This document shows, in pieces, positions 26,001 to 38,000 of a stretch of DNA of 64,000 nucleotides. The notes beneath the pieces are model-generated. The model was not told the origin of the DNA, made no database searches, and saw only the letters and a program-made list of their open reading frames with translations. The stretch covers positions 6,076,001-6,140,000 of the forward strand of contig NC_135256.1 of assembly GCF_964204865.1 (NCBI RefSeq). The letters are read 5' to 3'. The stretch comes from Styela clava. Lineage: Eukaryota. The position numbers and the translations under genes were made by a program. Each line of letters starts with the position of its first letter. Positions within the stretch are counted from its first letter, which is position 1.

Positions 26001-29000
26001 CACTGGTGAACAAGGAGAACCAGGAGATTCCGGACGACCAGGATTACCAGGACGAGTTGGTGCTACCGGAGAAAGAGGTAAACAAAGAAAATATTTTGAT
26101 ACTGAACTTTTGATACAAAATTGTATTATAGAGTTAGGATGTTCATAAAGTTCCTTTATAATATCAATTTTGTTATGAAGTCAGTTCCCAATATATATTA
26201 TCCAAGTTTGTTGTTTTTAATCAGCTATTGTTCAAGTATTTATACTTTATGTAAAACATCTGTGAGGGCCAAAACAATATATGGTATCGATAAATTCCCT
26301 TTGCAAGTTTAAAAATATTTAAAACTTTATGGACACCCTATATAACCAGCTTCTATAATTCGGTTAATTGTATCATACTGCATAATCTACGGCAGAAAAT
26401 AGAGGATAATATAAAGTGTTCTGCTTGTTTAGACTTTGGCTCGTAGCGGGAGACCAAAACGAATTACATATGGTATTGAATTATTCAAATACTTTGTCCA
26501 TAATAGAGACAGACCAATGCAACTACATTGCTGTTATAAAATGTCGTATTTATTGTGTCAACAATTGTCTTCACTGAGTTAATTCACTTAAGGAATAATG
26601 TATTTTGGCCGTTCGTGCATCATGAAACATTATGAAAATCACTAGCAACTCAATCTTCATACATTAATTCTAATCTCGTGGAGAGATGAATGCCAAACTT
26701 GTCACATTCTTAAGGTGGCTCACAGAACTGCTGGATGATAACGGCTTTCTTTACCATGCAGTCAACGCATCTATGAAGAATGACTGATTAACTATTTCCA
26801 ACTATTTTGTGAACCCTCCTTACAGTGATTACCCTACACCACCCTGTGAACACCCGCCTAAAATTTCTTAACCCCCCCCCCCCTACTTTTCAGGTGTGAC
26901 ACCATACCTTAATTCTTAACGTAAATAAAAATGTATTTAAATATTCAGAATGTAGCTCATATGTCGATGAAGATGATCAGTCAATACATAAAAGATATTT
27001 ATCATAAGTTACAATAACAAGATATAAATCCTTGGGGAACACGCTGCTTCCTCACCACCGTGATAAATGGGAATAACAATTTTTATTTCAATTTAATTTA
27101 AATTTTCTAGGTCCACCAGGTTTAGAAGGACGAGCAGGATTACCAGGCGAGAAAGGTCAGAGTGGCCCACCTGGATTACCCGGTCTTAATACCAGAGGAC
27201 TACCAGGTGAAAAGGGTTACAGTGGAATGTCCGGTCTTCCTGGCAGATCTGGGTACAATGGAACAAGAGGTTTGCCAGGTCAACGAGGGTCGATAGGCAT
27301 GAAAGGCTCTCAGGTAAGAAAAAGTCTGCTATTTTAATGGCTATTAGGACGTAGATAGATACTCCTTTAAGATAGTAGAAATTATAAAAAGTTCAAGAAG
27401 AATCAATCATTTAAGGATATGATTGAAAAATGCATTTATGAATAATTTTTTTTTTAGGTTTTGGGTTGTTGATGGGCGCCAGATGCTTCCAGTCACTTCT
27501 TTTCTCCTGTTTTTTTTATTGGCCTTAGCTGCTGCCTTGGTTTCTTTCACATTCCCGGCCTTGATGTAATGACATTTTTATCTCCCTTTGCAGTATGGAG
27601 ATCAATTACCCAAAATACCATTCTCACCGCTCACCCATTGTGTAACAAATTGAGTAGGCAATTCCTTGATAAGTTCCAGTCTTCCCAAATAAGCTAACAT
27701 AGTATACATAGAGCCAATCCATGATTCCAATTACTTTTTCACATATAATTTTGAAAACGGTATCCAACTTTGATGACGTCATGTTTGATGACGTCATACT
27801 TGATGACGTCATTACGACCACAATTGTTCTTGTTATTTTTTCTAGTAGACCTATATGTTAATAATTAGAATGATTTTTTCAGGGTGAACCAGGAATTGGA
27901 CTTCCAGGTTTAACTGGATATCCAGGAGAAGATGGCGAACCAGGTTTACCAGGAATGCAAGGAGAACAAGGGTTGCCAGGTTTGAGCGGAATAAATGGCC
28001 TTCCAGGACGCGATGGATCTCCCGGCAGACAAGGTACTTTAATTTGAGAGAACTTTTCCATAAATTTCTATTGAAGGAAAATTCACTACCCGTGTTGTAT
28101 TTCTGTACCAGGAATGCATGTTTCTCTGTGATTACCACAGAATCTTGAAGTTCGAAAAACATGGTATTGTGTGCAATTATTTTTTAGTTGTATTGTTGAC
28201 TGCATATAATCTGGTGAAAATATCATTTTGCACTCTACGCTTACGGTAAATAAACAGAATGGAAATAAATATCAAAAACAAGTTTTTAGTATATTTTTCT
28301 CCGGAAAAACTGTTCTTATTTGGTGTAGCTGTACCTAAATCTAACCACCTTGGCCTAGTAGCTAAAACGTGAGACTTAAGTATGTTGGAATCAGGGTCGG
28401 GTCAAATCCATGCCCACCAACCCACCCAGGGTCTCATAAATTGGGTAAGCAATATATTGATTGTTACGTACAGCGCCTAGTTTAAAACGAAGCACCGTAT
28501 AAACAAAACAGTAGACTGATATCCTTTTCCCCTTTTTCCAAGCAAAGTAACTGAAGAACTTTACTGGATTTTCATTTACAACTTGTTTAAAATTTAGGTG
28601 TCAGAGGAAATATTGGACCTCCAGGACCGGCTGGTGCTAAAGGAGAAATCGGTGAAGGAAGACCAGGGCCAGCCGGACCTGAAGGACAAAGAGGATTGCC
28701 AGGTCTTACTGGTGGGTATCATATGAATTTGATCATTTGAATGTGATATAAGTAATGAGATCTAAGAAGCAGGTGCACTAAAAAGCACGGAAATATATTT
28801 TCCCCTCTTGCCCGCACTTTTTTCAAACTTGCCTTATTTTTTGAAAATTTCCTGAACTTGTACCAAGTTAGTGACCCTTGCCACACATGTTCTACAATGG
28901 TCCTAAAATGAAAGGCCGCAAAACATCATAATATGCAAATTCCCGTTAGTTTGTACTAGTATCACATAACAGCAAGAACACTCCCACTAACTGATTGCTA

Positions 29001-32000
29001 TTGATGCAGGTGCAACTGGGCTTCAGGGACCACGTGGAGACCCCGGACCTCCAGGTCGAGATATGGTAGGACAGAGAGGTGACGATGGGGACGAAGGCTT
29101 ACCAGGGGTCAGAGGTGAATCTGGTGATCAAGGAGAACCGGGAATACCAGGACTTGGAGGATTACCAGGTGGTAGAGGCGAGAAAGGAAACACTGGACCA
29201 CCAGGACGACCTGGACCTTTAGGATTGCCAGGCACTGAAGGTATAGAAAGGAGTAGATCTTTTACCTGAAATTCTACCTTCTCAATGCTTTGTAGGGTAC
29301 AACTCACATCGCACAGCACAATTCAATATTGGTATTATGACTGAGTTGGTTATAAGGGGAATGTATATAAAGTTATATAAACGTCGGTTATGCCCTCCCT
29401 CATCATGGACTTGAACTCTTATTTGCTATTCTTCCAACAGTTGGAATACATGGTTAGGAGTTCCATTTAAGTTTTACCCACACAAAAAATGCTACGATTT
29501 TCGGTGCCGGTTTAGAATCTACAGATCTACTGTTGTGATTACTGTAATGTCCATGAAATATTGCTATATTCTATGCCTTAAATTTGGTCTATGATGTAAC
29601 AATATCAGGTCATCTAGTGATCAAGTCTAGGCCATGTCATGGGACATTCTAGAACTGGTCCACTTGGCAGACATGTGTTGTAGTTGTATTTACTTTCACT
29701 TAAACCTGTGTTACTTGGATTCAAGCCCTTGAATATTTTACTTACCAGATTAAAGTATCAGCATAACATGCAATAAAATGGTTGGTAAAAATTGAATTTG
29801 AAATCAGGAGAGCAAACAAAACTTCTGATAAGGTTTAAAACGTACAGAATATAATAATGGAAGGTTTGGCCAAGCAGAAGTGGTACGTGTTCACTCACCT
29901 AAAATAATTGCACCCACACACACACACACACAACCACAGAGAAGTTATAAAGCAAGAAGATTGCGATAAATTACATACTGGTAGTAAACAAAAATGAATA
30001 AATACAAATTACTTGCCATATCATATTTATAATTTTATAATAGTTGACACTGCCGAATTGATCGATTTTTTTAAAAAATTTTTATCATTCTATCAATAAT
30101 TTCAAACCCAAACCAAAAAACCAGAATGACTTGATATCCAAAGTGAAATGTAATCATGCTCTTTATTGTTCTTGCTACTAAAATATAAATACAACCCTCT
30201 GTACCTTAGGACCTGTTGGACCACCTGGCGATCCAGGACTTCAAGGAGAAATTGGTGCTGATGGAATTCCTGGTCTTCCAGGCTTACAGGTATGCTGCTA
30301 GATATTCTAATTTTTGATGCAGGACTTTATATCTTTTTTGATCTCTAGAGTCTCTAGAAACATAACTGAAACAACTATCAGTACAGTAGAGGTTGCGCGA
30401 GACTAACTCCCAGTCCTTATTCAATGCCTTGGCGCTAGTGGATCCGTATGCATATAATGCAAGGATGCTGTAGCAGGAATAAAAAGACCATACTATGCAA
30501 TTCAAGAGTCCTGCTGCACACTAACACATTTGTATTTCTGTAACGTTTCGTCTGACCAAGATCAGACTTCCTCAGAGCAGTTTACAACAATTGTTGACCA
30601 ATGGATTGCATATTTGAAACATATGTGTTATTGTGGATGAAAGTTATTTCAAATAATGACCACATGTACTCATTAAAACGTCATTAAACAATGACCCAAA
30701 GTTTCTTCGGTGTTGGGAGTTATCTATATTACAAAACAAAAGGAAACACCACACTAAAATATTTGATTGAGCTATTTTTACTTATTCCGGGTTCAAGATC
30801 AATAAATATTTATTGATTTAGATTGGTTTCAGGGGATTCTGACTTCGAGATAATTTATTCTAATTCCAGGGTGAAGTTGGCCCCACGGGTCCAAAAGGAG
30901 ACATGGGGACAAAAGGAGAGCCCGCTACATTGGATGATAATTCTAGCTTGACTGCTAAAGGAACGAAAGGAACCAAAGGTGAGATAACTTGTCATAATAT
31001 AATTAGGAAACTTAAAACGAAAAATGAACTACCTCAAAAGTTTATGAGTGGCCACCATTATATGTTGTATCCCAAGTGATTGACATTTGTTAAAGTGTCG
31101 ATTCCTTGTTTATCTTCTTAACAACTATTGTATATTTAATCAGGGGGTTGTTTTGAGAGGCGAAACCCCCCCCTTTTGAAATGTGAAAAAAAATAAAAGC
31201 ATCTTTTTCTATCATACATAGCACTATTTTTCTAGCTTTAACCATACTAATTCAACCATATTAATAATGGTGCGTTCTAGGCATGTCCAAATACAACATT
31301 CTGGACCGCAGTTCCCAACCTTTCCAGCGCTATATGAACCCGTTTGTGATGGCTGAAGGCTCTGTACCCTTTAAAACATGTCCATCAGTTTTTTCACGCT
31401 GAATTATCAAAATTTATCATAACCAGATATAAAATCTTTTGATGGTTAAGTATACGGAGTCGCGGGAGTGGACGCATTTGTGTTCATGGAAGGGTTATGG
31501 GGTTATATATTTATTCGATTGTATTTGGACTTTCTCGTTGTTACACTTTTTAACCTAAAGCCTGAATCATTATATTTAATTGTTCAAAAGTCATCAAATG
31601 CTCATATTTTTGTCAGGTGAACCGGGACTTTGGGGATTATCTGGTCCTCCTGGACAAGATGGCCCAGAAGGACAAAAAGGACGTGCTGGCCCCCCTGGTG
31701 CCAAAGGCATGACTGGTCTTGCTGGAATCGGAATTCCTGGACGACCAGGACGTGATGGCAGACACGGTAAGTCTATCACATTACAAATTTGCTAAAATAA
31801 TGGTCGCTTCATAAAAATTTCGACATCGAAACACGACTTTGTAAGACGTCAATAATTATATAAAATTTTTTTTTTAACGCTTTGGGCAATCTCGTGTCAA
31901 TTTTATGCATATATTTCGAAGAAAAGCCTTGAGCCACAACTGAAATGAATATACCAGGTTGGGGTTACGCCATTATTTTATTCCGATTTTCCTTATTTTA

Positions 32001-35000
32001 GTTCTATTACAGGGACTGTCTGTGTTAGCCAAGTGAATATACCGCCTGCCCATAGGTTTTAGTTCATTCACACAATTTGATGTAAAATAGGCGAACAAAA
32101 TTAGTTATCTCAATATTGGTACACATACTTCTGGAGCGCCTTATAGGCAACATTTCTCGGCATAGCAAAATACTTTGTATATTCCTATAGGAACCCCTGG
32201 ACAGAAAGGAGATACTGGACCAGCTGGATTTATTGGTGGACGTGGTCCTAAAGGTATGCAAGGTTTACCAGGCATCAATGGACGACAGGGACCACCTGGA
32301 CCAGTTGGAAGACCAGGAGAAGATAGCATTGTTGCTGGAGAACCAGGGAAATCAGGATTACCAGTAAGTGACCATAGGGGGCTGCAAAGTATGATGGGAA
32401 ATTTACAAATGATTCTTAACTTTGTCTTAAAAAAGCCCACTTAAATTCGACCAGGCTGCCGACTCCGCATCGGACTTTAACTACAGTATTTATTAGAATA
32501 TTTAATTTTGCTCTCTCCAGGGAAAAGACGGTCTCGATGGAATTCCTGGCCTTTCTGGCGACGATGGCGAACCAGGATTACCGGGACCTCAAGGTGAAAT
32601 TGGACCCCCCGGACCAAAAGGCAGTGGTGGAGTAACAGGTTTCCCTGGTGTTCGCGGAGAAAAGGGTGAAGCGGGACCACCGGGACCAGGTGGATTGCCT
32701 GGTTTGGGAGGAAGAGACGGACCACCAGGTTAGTTGAAATTATTGAATTCCGTTCAAAGTATAAGCACTGACATATAAGGCTGAGAGTTAGCTGATTTAT
32801 CAGTAAAATTGATGAAAATTCGAAAACATTTACAAAATCATCACAAAAACCAGATCCAAATTATAAAATCGATTCGATGATTCGAGTGCATTGTTGATGG
32901 TAACACACATCGACATTGTGTAGAAATGTCATTTAATGATTAATGTTTCATCAATATGAACTGATCCTTATTAGTTATCTAAGATCTCTTTTCTATGATT
33001 ATTAGACTTTGGACGCAAGCAGCTATTGGTATGACGCGACCAAAGTATTTCTAGTTAGACATGACGTGAGGTTTTGTTCCTGAACAAAGATCTGCACAAA
33101 CAGCAGAGGTCGCCCGCTACTCCCTTTAAAAATTATACAAAAAAAACATTTTTCTGTTTCATACATAGTAATTTTTCATAGCTTGAAACGTGTTTTAGAC
33201 CGACAAGACTATTAAAACCCCACGTTTTCAGGCCTTGGGCCGGACCTGCTAGCTGTTACGATCTAACTTGGGAATTGGAAATTAGAAAATCCTGACTACG
33301 CCTTAGGATAGGAGACACTATAGTTTTATAAATTCAAAGTCTTTTTGGTTCGACATTGCCAACCCATTTTATTACTCCCTGGACCAGATGTTCGTCATGG
33401 AAATGCTCATAAACCTCGTAATTTTAGTTGAGTTAGAAATACGACTGCCGTCACACCTCTGATTACACTGCGTGGATTCGCAGGTTCGAATCCCATGCGG
33501 GGATAGTTATGTGCGAGAGGATTGCTGGATTTCTCGTTGTCGTAGGGTGGTTCACGTGACTTCTGGTCGGTTACGGCTTCCTCCACCATCAAGTCTGTGC
33601 ATCTGGAACAAATACCTGGCTACATAATCCCATACCCGACATGGAATGGTAATCGGACAAGAGGTTGGGGTTTGTCATATAATTTCCCCCGGAATAAAAA
33701 TGTAAATCACGTACACATGAGTGATCTTGTATACAAAACTCAAACTCATTTTCAGGTCCAGCTGGCGAAAGAGGTCCGAAAGGTTCTATAGGACAGCCAG
33801 GTTTCGCTGGAAGAGATGGTTCACCTGGTAGAAACGGTGCGGCTGGAGAACCTGGGGAATCAGTAGCTGGACCACCGGGACCAGCTGGGCGGGTTGGTTT
33901 AACCGGACCAAAGGGTGAAGTTGGACCGGTTGGACTTGTGGTGAGTCGTAATCTCAAAATTTGTAATTGTTCTTAAAATGACCCAATTAGAGGTGTTAAG
34001 TTGTTGAATTTTCTGTACTGATGATGTACCTTTTTCGGCATTGGTGTTATTCATAGTAAATCATATTTTTTCCCGCCAAGTGAAAAAGTAGCAAAATTAC
34101 TTACATTTCAACCAGCTTTGGTCACAAGAAACCAAAGCTGGTTATCGCGCACTCAAAGTTGAAAACATTAACTGTCAAAGTACTGTTATTTTTGATCAGC
34201 CTATGTATGTATGTAAATGCGTTTGCAACAAAATAGAATATTGAATAAAAAAGTTTTGCAGTTTTTTCTTTATTTGGACTTGTGATTTTTTATTTGAGTA
34301 TTAGATACTTTTGAATGGGTTCTTGCAAATTGCCTTAAGAAATGGCGTGAAATCTTTGGAAAAAAACTCATTTAGAACATTTCCTATTCTTCTAACTATT
34401 TCTATTCTAACTAACTGCTTCTATTAACTTAAACATTACTGCTATGCTAAAAAATAGAACAACAACTTACGAGTAGTGGCAACCTTGATTCATATTAACC
34501 CAATGGCACAAGGCTCGTTTTACCACAGGACAAATAACATCTTCAGATCTCTTGGCAATATTGCCACATTAGATGTCGCTAATTCAATTTCATCACAGGA
34601 AATACTTATAAAATAATCGTATTTTCAGGGAAGAGACGGACCAATAGGAGAAAAAGGCGAACGTGGATTTCCGGGATCTGAAGGACAACGAGGGTTGCCA
34701 GGTTTGATCGGACAGCGAGGTTTGTCTGTCAAGGGTGAAGCCGGTAGCCCAGGATTGCCAGGAAGAAGCGGTCCAAAAGGTAAATATATTATATAAGTTA
34801 TGGAAAAGCGTTTGCTATCGATTGGGTTTCTGGAGGACTAACTACCTTTCCTTACTCTAATCTGAGCATTTGTGCTAGTGAATCTGTATGTATCTAATGC
34901 AAGGATGCTGTAGCAGGAATAAAAAGAAACATACTATTTTATTGGGAGTTTTGCTATGCATTAACACAAATATATTTCTTTAACGTATTGCCTGACCTCA

Positions 35001-38000
35001 GCCAGAGCCTCAAACATGTCTAATTCGACTTTTCAACATATTTATAAAAAAAAAGAATTATTCTTATGATCAGAGCGCTGTTAGTGTGGTATTTTTGTTA
35101 CATTTGCTTCCCTTTTTTTTCTGGGTTCAAAGTTGAATCTAATTCACCTCACTTTGTTTATTACCGGTAGTTCCCCTGTTGCTGTTTTTGTTAGATTTAG
35201 TTCCTTTTTTTCTTCCGGGATCAAAGTTGAATCTTATTCACTTTACATTGTTTATAGGTTCCCCTGGTGCAGCTGGTATTGTCGGATTGCCTGGTCAACT
35301 CGGTATCAAAGGAGAGGTGGGAGAGAAAGGTTTGCCTGGTTTCAATGGCTTGGCAGGCCAAGAGGGACCGAAGGGAGTTACTGGACCTCGAGTAAGTCAA
35401 TAACATTGGATTTTCCACTTGCACATTTGTTGTTATGATCGTTACCGGTATGGAAGCTTTCAGATTCAGATATTTATTTCATCATGTACGAATCATTGTA
35501 AAGCAATAAACGCACACAATAAATAAAATAAAACTAACAAAAACGAGACCTCGGTGAATCATCTAGTCAGAGCCATAAATAACTAAATAACTAAAAAACA
35601 CAATCATTAAGAGAACAACAAATAGGAAACAAGGGGAATGAAGAACTATTATGATTTATTCCATATATATGCTGTTAACCTCCAATGAGAGAATCATTGG
35701 TATACTAGAGATTTATGGGGGTTGGCATATCTTCTCAGCTCTAAACTTTTCACCTTAATGGGTGGTTTCATGCAAAAGAATGAGTGTCTGCTTGTATAGA
35801 TACTTTTTTTTTCTATGCTAAAATACATGAATAATAACAATTGCATGTCATCGCCTTGATTTATCGGGCCATTTTGTGCGCACATTTTAATATGCATTTA
35901 TATCAAATTTGCTGTATTTATGTTAGCAGTATTATAGCCACCTCTGGAGGAGGCCTTTCAAATGATGATTAAGATTATTTCTATTTCTAGCATTATTCCC
36001 AATGATTGATCATTTTTGCGATTATTGTTGAACCAAACCTGCTGTTTATATGACAATCCAAAATGTTTCATGACTATTGGGACAACATATCAATTTCTAA
36101 TCTTTTTTTTCTTATTTTTAGGGTCTTCCTGGTCTTCGTGGTTTCCCAGGGGAAAAGGGAAGTCAGGGCGATGTCGGACTAATCGGATACCCAGGACGGG
36201 TCGGTGAATCTGGAGAACCAGGGTTGCCAGGTTTGAATGGGCGCGAAGGCAGAAAAGGAGACAGAGGTTTGTCCAATAATAAATAGTGTTATATCATATT
36301 AGAAAAGACATTTAAAATATACCTATTTTACTTCGGTAAATGCCTGTAATTATCAATGAAAGGGCTGTTATTTGTTTTACTGGAAGTCTCCGGTAAAATA
36401 ATTTCAAAATTACTTTTTTTATACTGTAATTTTGCAACGTTTTTTTTTTTATCTCAATATGATTCTATGTTAGACTTCCTCATAGGAGACTATGATCGAT
36501 AAACCATTACTGGTTTATTGTAAGCAAGTGTAAGTAAGTATTTATTTCGATTTTCCGCCACAACAAAACAATGAAGCAATACATGGCAACACAAATGAAA
36601 CAAACATACAGAAAATCAGGAAAGTGGGCAAAATCGCACGTGCCCACTCACCCCAAACAGCAAACAACACATTGCGTCTGACTTCACGTTACTGAAATGG
36701 AGTTGTAATTTCATGAAATTTTACTCAGGTGTCATCGGACCTGCTGGAAGCGATGCAGCACCTATTATTAGAGATGGCCCAGAAGGCCAAATTGGAGACA
36801 CAGGACCTGAAGGTTTGGCAGGGCCACCTGGTCCTCGCGGGCCATCTGGCCCCATTGGTAACACCGGATCGAAAGGAGAACCTGGATTTGATGGATTGGA
36901 TGGACGCCCTGGAACACCAGGAGATCGAGGAGAGCCCGGAAGGCAGGGTCCTGTTGGTAAGTTCATGTTAATTTTTAGTAATTATGTTATTGGAAATAGT
37001 AATTCTTGGATGTGAATTAAATAATAATCATGCAGACAATTTACAATCCATTGAATCCATGAAGATCCATTCATCGGGAACAAATCACTAGCTAACTAAT
37101 CCATCCCGACATGAACTGGTAACCGGATAAGAGACCGTGGTTTGCCATATAATTGATTGCATTATGGACTTTCCTCTCCCCGGGGTAAATGTGAAAGTCC
37201 TATCCCAGTGGTTCTCGACCTTTTATGGCTCGTGGCCCCTTAGGAGGCTTTTAGCACTCAAACAATTTAAACAATTCATGCTCAATAATGGGATACACCC
37301 TGTGAAATAACCTTGTCAAACAATGGGACTGGAAAGAACGAGAACCTTTTTTAGTAAAGGGAAAAGTAAAATCAGTTTTGCATCTAGCATTGTGGCTCCC
37401 TCTTCAACTGCTCTGTGGCCCTCTTGGGGACACGGGCCCCCACGGGCCTTCTATACTATGTCAGATATTTATACTTGTTGGTTGTCCCCAACTACCCCGG
37501 AAAAGTGACAACATTTTACTCGCCCTTACCATATCAATAGAGACTTGGAATAAGGAAATCTTAAGTAAATAATTTTGAAATAATCGTTTTTATTGCTCCG
37601 GATTCAATTTCTTTGTTGTTATTAAGGTTTCACTGGACCAGCTGGACGCGACGGTCGGCCAGGAGTTCCAGGTCAGCCTGGCGATTCAGGAATTTCTATT
37701 CTTAATCACGGATATTTCTTGACGAGGCACAGTCAAACAGCCGACGTTCCAGAATGTCCAACTGGTATGCTAAGAATGTGGGCAGGATATTCTCTCTTAT
37801 TCTTGCAAGGAAATGAGAGAGCTCACGGGCAAGACTTAGGTGAGTTGACGACACAAAAATTATGAGAGAGAGAGCAATAGTTACCGTGCAAGTGTGCGTT
37901 TGATTTGAGCTTTTGTGGTTAGTGTTCACACCTATCTATTGCGTAACACTGCCGTTTGTCGTATTTTGATGCAAATTCTCATAATATGTAACAGTAAAGT

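Noticed and set aside
33440-33500. tRNA gene suggested by GGTTCGAATCCC
   Set aside because: No cloverleaf; it is the head of a dispersed SINE.
21680-36966. Pro/Gly-rich minus-strand ORFs
   Set aside because: Antisense shadows of Gly-X-Y exons.
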